Assembly (NCBI GenBank): GCA_025055015.1
Contig: JANWYQ010000131.1
Location: forward strand, 1,856-65,855
Source: Caldilineales bacterium
GTDB lineage: Bacteria; Chloroflexota; Anaerolineae; JAAEKA01
Length of the DNA stretch: 64,000 nt
Direction of reading: 5' to 3'
The position numbers and the translations under genes are program-made. Below, in pieces: positions 29,894 through 39,870 of the stretch. Positions within the stretch are counted from its first letter, which is position 1. Each line of letters opens with the position of its first letter. Below the pieces are notes generated by a model that saw only the letters and a list, made by a program, of their open reading frames with translations, was not told the origin of the DNA and did no database searches.

Positions 29894-30032
29894 CCACCTT
29901 AAATTTTGTGCGAGAGTTAGACGTTTGTAACCTGCAATGGTTGTCAGCAGGCGTAAAATATGCTATCATCGTTTTCAGCTAGTTTGACAAACGCCGCCGG
30001 AGCCTGCTCCTCTCAGCGTTTCTGGAGGCCAT

Positions 30033-30806
30033 ATGAGACCGCATCGTGTGCTCACCATCGCTTTCCTCATCGCCGCCCTGCTTGGGGCAACACGAGTCGG
30101 TGCTGAGGCCTCTTTCCGGCCGCAAGCAGCCATCGTTCACACCGTCAAGCGGGGAGACACCCTTTCCGGCATTGCCGCTCGCTACGGCTCATCGGTCCAG
30201 GCCATTGTCCAGGCCAACGGCTTGTCCGGCACCACCATATACCCTGGGCAGTCCTTGCTGGTTCCCCAGGTCAGCCAAGGTAGCGGCGCCGCTGCAGCTG
30301 CGCCGAAGCCGTCCGGCGCGGCTCTCAAGTCCATCGTGCACGTCGTGCGGGCGGGCGACACGCTGAGCAGCGTGGCTGCGCGCTATGGCACCACGGTGGC
30401 GGCCATCAAGCAGGCCAACGGCCTGGCCAGCAACACCATCTACGTGGGCCAGTCGCTGCTTATTCCGGTGGGCGCGGCGTCGCCGAGCGGCCATCGCCAG
30501 TACATCCCTACCTCAGGCGGCACAGTTGGCGGCGCGTGCGGCAGCGCCTACACGGTCCAGCCAGGGGACACCCTGGGTGGCATCGCGGCGCGCTGTGGAC
30601 TGACGGTCAGCGAGCTGCGCAGCTACAACGGCATGGACGCCAGCACCGTGCTCCGTCCCGGCCAAGTGCTGGTGGTGGCTGCGCCGACCGCGCCGGAGGA
30701 GGGCAGCGTCGGCTCGGCGCCGGAGGCTACGCCGGCCGCACCGGAGCCTGCCACCACGCGGGTGCCGGTGCGTCCTCCGGCCACCTACAGCGGCAGCACA
30801 CCTTAA
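30033..30806 (+). CDS. secreted protein with three LysM domains
   Basis: Signal peptide, then 3 x (HTVKRGDTLSGIAARYG...ANGL...IYPGQSLLVP)-type LysM repeats. Confidence 0.8.
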   Translation: MRPHRVLTIAFLIAALLGATRVGAEASFRPQAAIVHTVKRGDTLSGIAARYGSSVQAIVQANGLSGTTIYPGQSLLVPQVSQGSGAAAAAPKPSGAALKSIVHVVRAGDTLSSVAARYGTTVAAIKQANGLASNTIYVGQSLLIPVGAASPSGHRQYIPTSGGTVGGACGSAYTVQPGDTLGGIAARCGLTVSELRSYNGMDASTVLRPGQVLVVAAPTAPEEGSVGSAPEATPAAPEPATTRVPVRPPATYSGSTP

Positions 30807-31091
30807 TAGGGGCGCTGTTCCTTTGCGCCAGCTGCCGTCGTCCTGCACCGGGCGAACCGTTGTGCGCGCCGCGGCTCGGCCCAGGCGCGCCGCGAACGGG
30901 TTTGTAAGGTCGCAAGGCAAGCAAACCGTACATAATATAGCACAACTTGACAGAAAAATCAAGTCTATGTCAAGTCGTTTCCGACATTTTTTACATAAAT
31001 TCGAGCCCGATGCGCCATCGCGCCGTCACTTCCACGGGTTGCTGTCGTCACCATAAGAAGACAGACCGTGCATCTCAACCGGAGAGGTTCT

Positions 31092-31730
31092 ATGCGCAGA
31101 GATCCCTGGAAAGCCCTTCTGACGATGGCAGCAGCACTGCTGGCTCTCGGCCTGGCGGCTTGGCCGACCCAGGCGGGCGAGCCGCGCCCGGAAGCCGTGG
31201 TGGTGCGCACCGGGGAGACCCTGAGGGAGATCGCAGCCCGCTACCGCCTGCTTCCCCACGTCCTGATCGAGGCCAACGGCCTGACCGGGCGAGCGCTGTA
31301 CCCAGGCATGCGCTTGATGATCCCAGAGGCGGAGACGGACGTGGACGGCTTTGCCGCTGATTGTCGCCAGACAGCGCTCTACACCGTACGCCGCGGGGAC
31401 ACCTTGCCCGCCCTGGCCAAGGCCTGGGGGACCACCGTGGCCGAGCTCAAGGCGGCCAACGGCCTGGTGGGCGAAGCTATCTGGGTGGGGCAGGGGCTGC
31501 GACGGCCGTGTTCGCCTTCGGCGGACGGCGCAGACGGCTCGAGCGCCAGGACCTCAAGGCCTCGCTGCGGCGCCGAATACGTGGTGCGCCGGGGAGACAC
31601 CCTGGCAGGCATCGCCGAGGGCTGCGGCGTGACCCTTTCTGCCCTGAAGCAGCTCAACCATCTGAAGGGGGACACAGTTCTGGTGGGCCAGAACCTGCGC
31701 ATTCCGCTGCCGACGGCTCGGGACCACTGA
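31092..31730 (+). CDS. secreted protein with three LysM domains (paralog)
   Basis: GGAGAGG ribosome-binding site, signal peptide, 3 LysM repeats (VVRTGETLREIAARY, TVRRGDTLPALAKAWG, VVRRGDTLAGIAEGCG). Confidence 0.75.
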   Translation: MRRDPWKALLTMAAALLALGLAAWPTQAGEPRPEAVVVRTGETLREIAARYRLLPHVLIEANGLTGRALYPGMRLMIPEAETDVDGFAADCRQTALYTVRRGDTLPALAKAWGTTVAELKAANGLVGEAIWVGQGLRRPCSPSADGADGSSARTSRPRCGAEYVVRRGDTLAGIAEGCGVTLSALKQLNHLKGDTVLVGQNLRIPLPTARDH

Positions 31731-31795
31731 CACCTCGGGCGGGCAGCGCCGGGGTTGCTCAGCCCCGGCAGAGGCGCAGGGCGGGCCCGCCGCCT

Positions 31796-34612
31796 TCATT
31801 CCTCCGCCCGCAGCCAAGCTACGGCGGCAGCCACCTGCGGCTCGCGCCACCCCATGCCCAGGCCGACCCGCACCCCCTGGACCGCGTCCACCGCCTCCAC
31901 CACCGGCCGCGCTGCGCCGGGCGCCGGCGCCGGCAGCACCAGCGCGGCCTGGCTCCAACGGAAGCGCCCCCGCAGGTCAGTCAGCCCCAGCTGCGCCAGC
32001 GCTTCCGCCGCCTCGGCGCTCAGCTGGTCGGCCGCCGTATCCTTCACCGCAACGGCCAGGATTTCCTGCTGGCCTAGCCCCTGCAGATAGGCTATCAACG
32101 CCGTGGACGCGTCGGGGTCGGCGTGGGTGTCGAAGTGGGCGGCCGAGATCAGCCGGCCGGACGCCCCGTCCACGATGGCCAGGTTGTAGCCCCGGCTGTT
32201 GGGGGACACGTTGCGGCCGTTGAGCCAAATGTGGCCGTAGTTGCCCGCCTCGAGGCCCGCGCTCTCCACCAGCAAGTTCACCGGGGCCAGCCCAAAGGCG
32301 GCCGCTGCGTCGGCGACGGGGTAGGTGCGGCCGAAGCGGAGGAGCACCTCGTTGGCGTCCTCGGTCAGCGCGCCGGCCGGTACCTCGAAGAGGAGCGCGG
32401 CCCACTGCGTCGGCAGGGGCTGGGGGGGTGTGCGGTGGCCGTTGACCTCCAGGGCCACGGTCTGCCCCGGGCCGGCGGCCATGGCGCGCACCGCGATGCG
32501 CCTCGCGCCGGGCGACGCCGGCGGCAGCAGCAGCCGGGTCTCCCGGCGATGCGCCCACAGGGCGGCTTCCTCGGCGCCCGGCGGCCGGGCGGTGCCCTGG
32601 CCTGCGCCGCTCCAGCCCTCCCCGCGGCTCAGGGGGTCCGCCGCCGGCCGCACGACGACCGGCCCCGGCGACGGCGCGTAGACCGGCCGGTAGAGGCGTC
32701 GGGGACCTTCCTCGGCCACCAGGGTCAGCGGCAGGTAGCGCTCCACGAAGCGGGTGTACTCCGGCGGCACCCGGTCGGTCTGCACCACCACGTAGGCCAC
32801 GTCCAGCGCTGCCAGCACGGCAGCGGCGTCGGCGGCCGCCGCTTGGAGCATGGCGTTGCCGCCCAGGCTCGGGTCGCCCTGGCGGATGCCCTCCAGGGCC
32901 GGCGCCAGCGCGCGGCGCACGTGAGGGTGCCCGTCGTCGGCGTTGGCCAGCACCGTCAGCGGGCCGATCAACGGCGCCTCCAGGAAGTAGCGGAACTTGT
33001 GCTCGGGGTTGCGAGAGGTGTTGCCCCCTAGGATGGGCCGGCCGTGCCGCGTCTGCCACCACTGCTGGAACATGATGATCACGTCCTGCTTGCCGAAGAC
33101 GCTGAAGCCGTTGCGCCAGCCCGTGGGCAGGTCCAGCACGGCGAAGCTGCCCTCGGCTCGCGCGATGCGGTCGTAGATGGCGGGGATGCGCATGTCGCTC
33201 AGGGGCAGAGGGACCGAGAGGTTCTCGATCAGCAGCCCCCCGGCCAGCGCCGTCGCTACCAGGCTCGGCGCCCACCGCTGGGCCGGCCGGCGTCGCTGCG
33301 CCCAGGCCAGCGCGGTCTCGGCCGCTGCGGCCAGCAGCACCGAGGCAGCCAACAGCAGCATCACGCTCCAGCGGCTAGGGTAGCGGTTGCCCTTGAAGAG
33401 GGGGAGCTCCTGCAGCAGACGGAAAGGGCCGGGCACGCCGGTGTCGTGACCCATAACCCGCAGGGTCGGCCCCAGGGTCAGCAGGAAGAAGAGGGCAGCC
33501 GCCGCAGCCCAAAAGGCCAGGGAAGGCCAGGGCTGTTCCTCTCGGCGGCGTCGCCAGGCCAGCCAGCCGCCGGCCAGGGTCAGCGCCAGTCCCAGGTAGC
33601 CGAGGGTGAGGTGTTGACCCTTGTTCACCTGCCACTGGCTGCCGTCAGGCCGGAGCTGCGAGTCGTCCGCCAGCGTGCGCACCACGTCGCCGAAGAGGGG
33701 ATGGAGCTGCGTAGGCAGCAGGAAGCCGGCCAGGTCCGCGGAGAAGAGGTCGGCGAAGCCGCCCCCCTCCACCAGGAAGTCCCCCTCGGCGCGCAGGTCG
33801 GGGACCATGTTGGCCAGCACCGGCGCCAGGCCGACCACGAAGAGCAGCGCCAGCGCAGCCAGGTTGCCCAGCCAGCGGCCGTCCTCCAAGCCGTTTTGGC
33901 GGCTCTGGGCTCTGGCCTCCGCCCACTGCACCCCGCGCCAGGCTGCGGCCAGGGCGATGAACACCGCCAGAAAGCTGGCGTAGGTCAACTCGGCGTAGGC
34001 CTGCATCAGCAGGAAGAGAGCGGCCAGGAGCGCCTCCCGCCGCCGCGCGGCGGGGCGCAGGCAGCGCAACGCGTAGAGAGCAGCGAAGGGCACCCACTGC
34101 GAGCTGGCGATGTTGAACTGCCCCAGGGAGGCGTAGAACAGCTTGCTAGAGGAGAAGGCGTAGAGCAGGCCGGCCAGGAAGGCTGCCGCGTAGCGGGCCG
34201 CGCAGGGCCGGTCGCCGCGGCCCTGTGCCAGGGCCCACAGGGCCAGCAGGTAGGCGCCGTAGCCGCCCAGCACGAAGGAGGAAAGCAGCACCAGGTTGGA
34301 CGCCGGCACCAGCCCGACGCTCACCTGGAGCGGCACCGCCAGCAGGCCGTTCCACACCGTCAGGGTGTAGAAGGCCAGGTTGATCCCCAGGGGGTAGAAC
34401 ATCCAGCGGCTGTCGAAGGGGTTGAGCTGGCGGTCCACCAGGCTGAACTTGACCCACCACAGGTTCCAGGCCAGGGCCGGGTCGTCAATGCCGTCGCCGG
34501 GGACGTGGGTGGTGAAGCGCAGGGCCAGGGGCAGGGTGAGCAGCAGGCTGAGCAGCGTGTAGCCCGACAGAGCCCACAGGTGGTGAGAACGCAGAAGGCG
34601 TCGCAGGGACAT
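31796..34612 (-). CDS. large YfhO/GT-C-like polytopic membrane protein with C-terminal PANDER/ILEI-like (GG-lectin) domain
   Basis: About 13 TM helices in the N-terminal 480 aa. C-terminal NYGHIWLNGRNVSPNSRGYNLAIVDGASGRLISAAHFDTH resembles the ILEI/PANDER fold as I recall it. Confidence 0.55.
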   Translation of the reverse strand: MSLRRLLRSHHLWALSGYTLLSLLLTLPLALRFTTHVPGDGIDDPALAWNLWWVKFSLVDRQLNPFDSRWMFYPLGINLAFYTLTVWNGLLAVPLQVSVGLVPASNLVLLSSFVLGGYGAYLLALWALAQGRGDRPCAARYAAAFLAGLLYAFSSSKLFYASLGQFNIASSQWVPFAALYALRCLRPAARRREALLAALFLLMQAYAELTYASFLAVFIALAAAWRGVQWAEARAQSRQNGLEDGRWLGNLAALALLFVVGLAPVLANMVPDLRAEGDFLVEGGGFADLFSADLAGFLLPTQLHPLFGDVVRTLADDSQLRPDGSQWQVNKGQHLTLGYLGLALTLAGGWLAWRRRREEQPWPSLAFWAAAAALFFLLTLGPTLRVMGHDTGVPGPFRLLQELPLFKGNRYPSRWSVMLLLAASVLLAAAAETALAWAQRRRPAQRWAPSLVATALAGGLLIENLSVPLPLSDMRIPAIYDRIARAEGSFAVLDLPTGWRNGFSVFGKQDVIIMFQQWWQTRHGRPILGGNTSRNPEHKFRYFLEAPLIGPLTVLANADDGHPHVRRALAPALEGIRQGDPSLGGNAMLQAAAADAAAVLAALDVAYVVVQTDRVPPEYTRFVERYLPLTLVAEEGPRRLYRPVYAPSPGPVVVRPAADPLSRGEGWSGAGQGTARPPGAEEAALWAHRRETRLLLPPASPGARRIAVRAMAAGPGQTVALEVNGHRTPPQPLPTQWAALLFEVPAGALTEDANEVLLRFGRTYPVADAAAAFGLAPVNLLVESAGLEAGNYGHIWLNGRNVSPNSRGYNLAIVDGASGRLISAAHFDTHADPDASTALIAYLQGLGQQEILAVAVKDTAADQLSAEAAEALAQLGLTDLRGRFRWSQAALVLPAPAPGAARPVVEAVDAVQGVRVGLGMGWREPQVAAAVAWLRAEE

Positions 34613-34740
34613 GTGCGCGTTATACCACCGCCGGGGTCAATTGACAAGACCTGTTTTGGGCCGCGGCGCTCTTTCCGATTTGCGGAGAGTGGGGTAAAAT
34701 TGCGCGCAGGTTTTCTATCCGATCGTCAGGCAGGTTTGCA

Positions 34741-36192
34741 GTGGCTCTTCCCGCCAGCTACCAGGCGGCCCTGGATTACATCTTCAACTACGTGGACTAC
34801 GAGCGTCGGCGCTCCGTTCCATACACCGAGCAGGCGTGGGACTTGGGACGGATGCGCCGAGCGCTGGCTGCCCTGGGCGACCCGCACCAGCAGCCGCGCT
34901 TTGTGCACATCGCCGGCAGCAAGGGCAAAGGCTCCACGGCGGCGATGGTGGAGGCGGTGCTGCGGGCCAGCGGCCTGCGGGTGGGCTTCTACTCCTCGCC
35001 CCATCTGCACACCGTCCGCGAGCGTATCCGGGTGGACGGCCAGCTCATCGGCCGGGACGAGCTGGTGCGCCTGTTGGATCGCTGCCGACCGGCCATCGAG
35101 GCCACGCCCGGCATCACGACCTTCGAGATCTTGACGCTGTTGGCCTTCGTGCACTTCGCCGAGCAGGGCGTTCCCTGGGTGGTGTTGGAGGTGGGCCTGG
35201 GCGGCCGGCTGGACGCCACCAACGTGGTCACGCCGGCGGTGAGCGTCATCACCCCCATCAGCTTCGAGCACACGGCCATCCTGGGCAACACCCTGGACCA
35301 GATCGCGCGCGAGAAGGCAGGCATCATCAAGCCCGGCGTGCCGGTGGTGACCGCGCCTCAGGAGGAGGAGGCCTTTGCGGCCATCGCCCAGGTCGCCGGG
35401 CAACGGGGCAGCCGCCTGGAGGCCGTCGGCCATCGTTGGCGCTGGACCGCCGTCGCCGACGGGCTAGAGGGCCAGGTGCTGGACGTGGAGCGCCTGGCCA
35501 ACGGCCGACCCGCTTTCGCCCTGTCAGGCTTACGGCTGTCGCTGCTGGGCGCGCATCAACAGGCCAACGCCGTCACCGCCCTAGCTGCCCTGTGCGAGGC
35601 CGTGGAGGCGGGCGCGGCGGTCACGGAGGCCGGCCTGCGCCGCGGCCTGGCCACGGTCTACTGGCCCGGCCGGCTGGAGGTGCTGCGCCCGCCGGACGCC
35701 GAGGGGCCGGCGGTGGTGGTGGACAGCGCGCACAACGACGCGTCCGCTCGGCTGCTGCGCAGCGCGCTGGCGCACTACTTCCGCGGCAGGCGCCTTCGCC
35801 TGGTGGTAGGCGTCTCCACCGACAAGGACCTGGCGGGCATTCTGTCGGCGCTGGCCGAAGACGCCGAGCGGCTGGTGGCGGTGCGCTCCCGGCACCCGCG
35901 CGCGGCCGACCCCCGGCTGGTGGTGGAGGCGGCGCGCGGCGTCGGCTTGTCACAGGCGCAGGTGGCCTCGGCCGACACGGTGGCGGACGGGCTAGCCCTG
36001 GCCTTGGATGGCGCCGACGCCGACCGGGTGATCTGCGCCGCGGGATCGCTGTTCGTGGCGGCCGAGGCGCGGGAGGCCTGGCTGGCCTGGCATCCCGACG
36101 CGTTCTCTGCCGCCGACTGGGCCTGGGAGGCGGAGCCTCCTGACTTCTCCTGGCAGATCACCGCCCAACGGCCGGCGCCAGGGCCGGCGTGA
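34741..36192 (+). CDS. folC: bifunctional folylpolyglutamate synthase / dihydrofolate synthase
   Basis: HIAGSKGKGST P-loop of the Mur ligase family and FolC-wide similarity. GTG start. Confidence 0.85.
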   Translation: MALPASYQAALDYIFNYVDYERRRSVPYTEQAWDLGRMRRALAALGDPHQQPRFVHIAGSKGKGSTAAMVEAVLRASGLRVGFYSSPHLHTVRERIRVDGQLIGRDELVRLLDRCRPAIEATPGITTFEILTLLAFVHFAEQGVPWVVLEVGLGGRLDATNVVTPAVSVITPISFEHTAILGNTLDQIAREKAGIIKPGVPVVTAPQEEEAFAAIAQVAGQRGSRLEAVGHRWRWTAVADGLEGQVLDVERLANGRPAFALSGLRLSLLGAHQQANAVTALAALCEAVEAGAAVTEAGLRRGLATVYWPGRLEVLRPPDAEGPAVVVDSAHNDASARLLRSALAHYFRGRRLRLVVGVSTDKDLAGILSALAEDAERLVAVRSRHPRAADPRLVVEAARGVGLSQAQVASADTVADGLALALDGADADRVICAAGSLFVAAEAREAWLAWHPDAFSAADWAWEAEPPDFSWQITAQRPAPGPA

Positions 36193-36195
36193 GCT

Positions 36196-38724
36196 ATGGC
36201 AATGCGATCACGCTTCGACATGGAACGACGAGCAGCGCCCCCCTCTCCGCCTGCGCCGGCGTGGCCGGAGCCCATGCTGATGCTGGAGGATCGAGGCCCG
36301 GACCGGGACGCGGGCGAGAGCCTCTACCCCTTGTTGCCGCTGCGCCACAACGTGGTCTTCCCGCGCCTGATGGAGCCCCTGATCGTCGGCCGCGATCGCT
36401 CGCTGCTGGCTGTGGAGGCGGCGCTGCTGGGCGATCAGCGCCTGGTGGTGGTGGCCCAGCGCGACCCCAACGAGACGGACCCAGGCGCCGAGGACCTCTA
36501 CCGCATTGGCACCGAGGTGCGCTTGGCCCGCGTGCTGCGCATGCCCGACGGCTCCACCAGCATCCTGGTGCAAGGCCGGCAGCGGGTGCGCATCCTGGAG
36601 GTGGTGGACGAAGATGACCACCTGAGCGCGGCGGTGGTGCCGCTGTGGGAGCAGGCGCAGACAACGCAGCCCAGCGAGGGGCTCATGCGCGCCGTGCTCG
36701 GCCTCTTCGAGCGCTGCGTGGCCCTGAGCCCGCGGCTGAGCGACGAGGCCTACGTGGCGGCCCTCAACGCCACCGAGCCCGGCTGGCTGGCCGACGTGAT
36801 TGCGGCCAGCCTCCTGCAAGACGTGAGCGCCAAGCAGGAGGTGCTGGAGATCCTGGACCCCGTGCAGCGGCTCCAGCACGTCAGCGTGTTGCTGGGCAAG
36901 GAGCTGGACCTGCTGGAGCTGGAGGGCCACATCCAAAGCCAGGTGCAACAGCAGGTGCAGAAGTCGCAGCGGGAGTTCTTCCTGCGCGAGCAGCTGCGGG
37001 TGATCCAGGCCGAGCTGGGGGAGGTGGACGAGCGCACCCGCGAGATCGCGGAGCTGCAGGCGCGCATCGAGCGGGCCAACATGCCGTCCAAGGCGCGGGA
37101 GAAGGCGGAGCACGAGCTGCGCCGCCTGGCGGCCATGCCGCCGGCCTCGCCGGAGATCGCCAGCGTGCGCAGCTATCTGGACTGGCTCATCGAGCTCCCC
37201 TGGTCCAGGGCCACCGAGGACAACATGGACATCGCGCACGCGGCCGCGGTGCTGGCCCGCAACCACTACGGCCTGGCCAAGGCCAAGGACCGCATCCTGG
37301 AGCACATCGCGGTGCGCAAGCTGGCCCGGGACAAGATGAGCACGCCGATCCTCTGCTTGGTAGGGCCGCCCGGCACGGGCAAGACCTCCATGGGCCGCTC
37401 GGTGGCCGAGGCCCTGGGCCGGCGCTTCGTGCGCATCAGCCTGGGCGGCGTGCGCGACGAGGCGGAGATCCGCGGCCATCGGCGCACCTACGTGGGCGCG
37501 CTGCCGGGCCGCATCCTGCAGGCCATGCGCACCGCGGGCACGGTCAACCCGGTGTTCATGATTGACGAGATTGACAAGCTGGGCCTGGACTTCCGCGGGG
37601 ACCCGGCCGCAGCGCTCCTGGAGGTGCTGGACCCGGAGCAAAACCGGGAGTTCATTGACCACTACTTGGACGTTCCCTACGACCTGAGCCAGGTGTTCTT
37701 CATCGCCACGGCCAACTTCCTCGACCCCATCCCGGAGCCGTTGCTGGACCGCCTGGAGATCATAGACTTCCCCGGCTACATCGAGGAAGAGAAGCTGCGC
37801 ATCGCACGGCAGTTCCTGATCCCCCGTCAGGTGGAGCAGACCGGGTTGACGGCCCACGGCCTCACCTTCACCGACCCGGCGCTGCGGCGCATCGTTCGGG
37901 AGTACACCTCGGAGGCGGGCCTGCGCAACCTGGAGCGCGCCATCGCCGCCGTTTGTCGCAAGGTGGCGCGGCGGGTAGCCGAGGGCAAGGCAGCGCCCCA
38001 CCGCATCACGCCCTCTCTGGTAGCCCGCTACCTGGGCCCGCCGGAGTTCGCTTCCACGGCCGCCGAGGAGCGGGACGAGGTGGGCGTGGCCACCGGCGTG
38101 GCCTGGACGGAGGCCGGCGGCGACCTTGTGCAGGTGGAGGTGACGCTGATGCCGGGCAAGGGCAACCTGCTGCTCACCGGCCAGATGGGGGAGGTCATGC
38201 AGGAGTCGGCCCAGGCGGCGCTCAGCTACGCGCGCTCCCACGCCGCCGAGCTGGGCATCGAGGAGGTCAACTTCGACGAGCTGGACGTCCACGTGCACCT
38301 GCCGGAGGGCGCCATCCCCAAGGACGGCCCCAGCGCCGGCATCACCATGGCGACGGCGCTGGTCTCGGCGCTCACCAACCGGCCGGTGCGCCGCGACGTG
38401 GCCATGACCGGCGAGATCACCCTGCGCGGCCGGGTGTTGCCCGTGGGCGGCTTGAAGGAGAAGGCTATCGCTGCTCACCGCGCCGGCATCAAGACCCTGT
38501 TGGTGCCGCAGAAGAACGCCAAGGACCTGGTGGAGCTGCCCCCGCGCATCCGCCGCGAGGTGCAGGTGGTGCTGGTGAGCCACATGAGCCAAGTGTTGGA
38601 GCAGACCCTGTTGCCGCCGGTGGAGGGCGCTCGACCCGTGGCGCCCAAGGGCGGCAGTCGGAAGCGAAGCAACCCGCGCAAGGCGGGCCCACCCTACGGC
38701 CGGATCGTTCGCTGCCATGGCTGA
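36196..38724 (+). CDS. lon: ATP-dependent Lon protease
   Basis: LON N-domain ([13 protein letters not shown]), AAA+ (GPPGTGKTS), and protease domain with [15 protein letters not shown] catalytic Ser. Confidence 0.9.
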   Translation: MAMRSRFDMERRAAPPSPPAPAWPEPMLMLEDRGPDRDAGESLYPLLPLRHNVVFPRLMEPLIVGRDRSLLAVEAALLGDQRLVVVAQRDPNETDPGAEDLYRIGTEVRLARVLRMPDGSTSILVQGRQRVRILEVVDEDDHLSAAVVPLWEQAQTTQPSEGLMRAVLGLFERCVALSPRLSDEAYVAALNATEPGWLADVIAASLLQDVSAKQEVLEILDPVQRLQHVSVLLGKELDLLELEGHIQSQVQQQVQKSQREFFLREQLRVIQAELGEVDERTREIAELQARIERANMPSKAREKAEHELRRLAAMPPASPEIASVRSYLDWLIELPWSRATEDNMDIAHAAAVLARNHYGLAKAKDRILEHIAVRKLARDKMSTPILCLVGPPGTGKTSMGRSVAEALGRRFVRISLGGVRDEAEIRGHRRTYVGALPGRILQAMRTAGTVNPVFMIDEIDKLGLDFRGDPAAALLEVLDPEQNREFIDHYLDVPYDLSQVFFIATANFLDPIPEPLLDRLEIIDFPGYIEEEKLRIARQFLIPRQVEQTGLTAHGLTFTDPALRRIVREYTSEAGLRNLERAIAAVCRKVARRVAEGKAAPHRITPSLVARYLGPPEFASTAAEERDEVGVATGVAWTEAGGDLVQVEVTLMPGKGNLLLTGQMGEVMQESAQAALSYARSHAAELGIEEVNFDELDVHVHLPEGAIPKDGPSAGITMATALVSALTNRPVRRDVAMTGEITLRGRVLPVGGLKEKAIAAHRAGIKTLLVPQKNAKDLVELPPRIRREVQVVLVSHMSQVLEQTLLPPVEGARPVAPKGGSRKRSNPRKAGPPYGRIVRCHG

Positions 38725-39853
38725 ACCCACGCCCCTCCGAGAACAACCTCCCCTGCGGCCGGCTTGTCCGGCGGCCGCCGGCCTCCGGCCGTTGGTGCTG
38801 CTGGCGTTGGCGCTGGCGCTGCTCGTGCTGGCCGGCTGTCGCGACCGCGGCACGCAGCTTCCCATCCCCATGGACGACCTGCTGCCCACCGGCTGGCGGG
38901 TGCACAGGCCGGAGGGCAAGCGCCAGGTCCTTCAGCCGCTGAGCATTGACGGCGACAGCGAGCAGGAGTGGCTGCTGTTCTACCACTTCGACAACGTGGA
39001 GGGGGGCGCCAACGGACCCATCGGCGGCATCATCTACGACGCGCAACAGGACGCAGCCCGGTACGATCCGCAGACCGTCATCCCCTTCCCTTACCAGCCC
39101 TCTGCCTTCTTGGTGCCCTATCGCCTGCTGCCCGACTGGCGCTTCGGCAAGGGCCAGGGCTACCTGGGCAACGACGCGGTGCAGTTCGAGGTCGTCAGCG
39201 CCGTCACCCCGCGCCGAGGCGAGGAGAGCACCGGCCAGGAGCTGGTGGTGTTCGGAAAACAGCGCGGGGCGGTGACGCGGGTTTCGATTTTCCGCTGGGT
39301 GAGCCCTCAGGAGGGCTATGCGTCGGTGCACTTCGTCGGCAGCCATCGCGTCGAGATCGGCCCGCGCGAGGCGCTGACGTTGGTGCGGGAGGTGACCACC
39401 TTCGACATGTTGTCCGAGCGTAGCAACCTGTGCAAGCGCACCACCTACCAGCGCCAGGGCGACGCGCTTACTTTCAACGTGGTCAGCCCGCCTGCCATCG
39501 TCTTCTGCCAAGGCACGCCCGCCGAGCCGACCTATCCGGAAGCGGTGGTGCTGGCCTGGCTGCTCAACAGCCCTGGCGCGGCGCGCAACGCCCTGGTGGC
39601 GCCGGGCAGGGAGGGCCAGGTCAACGCCGCCGGCCCGGCGTCCGTCCTGCGGGTGCTCTCCCTCACCTACGACTCCACGGCCATGACCCTGGACGTGGGC
39701 CAGGATGCCGTCTCGCGCATGGCGGTGCAGACCACTGTGGAGGTGCCCGGCCCAGGCCGGCGAGTGTATCGGTGGACCCTGCAGGAGCGCAAGCCCCAGG
39801 CGGTGCGCGACACCTCCCGCTGGCTGATCCTCGACGTGGCGCAGGTGCCGTAA
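38717..39853 (+). CDS. lipoprotein, function unknown
   Basis: Signal peptide with LAGC lipobox. Overlaps the lon stop by 8 nt. Confidence 0.5.
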   Translation: MAEPTPLREQPPLRPACPAAAGLRPLVLLALALALLVLAGCRDRGTQLPIPMDDLLPTGWRVHRPEGKRQVLQPLSIDGDSEQEWLLFYHFDNVEGGANGPIGGIIYDAQQDAARYDPQTVIPFPYQPSAFLVPYRLLPDWRFGKGQGYLGNDAVQFEVVSAVTPRRGEESTGQELVVFGKQRGAVTRVSIFRWVSPQEGYASVHFVGSHRVEIGPREALTLVREVTTFDMLSERSNLCKRTTYQRQGDALTFNVVSPPAIVFCQGTPAEPTYPEAVVLAWLLNSPGAARNALVAPGREGQVNAAGPASVLRVLSLTYDSTAMTLDVGQDAVSRMAVQTTVEVPGPGRRVYRWTLQERKPQAVRDTSRWLILDVAQVP

Positions 39854-39870
39854 GCTGCTCACCAGAAGCC

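Noticed and set aside
26586-29969. Sensor protein as a hybrid histidine kinase
   Set aside because: The Reg_prop/YYY periplasmic module usually precedes HisKA/HATPase/REC domains. Here the cytoplasmic region contains Walker A and B motifs and an HTH, but no H-box or N/G1/G2 boxes.
34653-34700. TTGACA and TAAAAT elements between the YfhO/PANDER gene and folC as a promoter
   Set aside because: The spacing between the candidate -35 and -10 is about 46 nt, not a functional sigma70 arrangement. Left unannotated.
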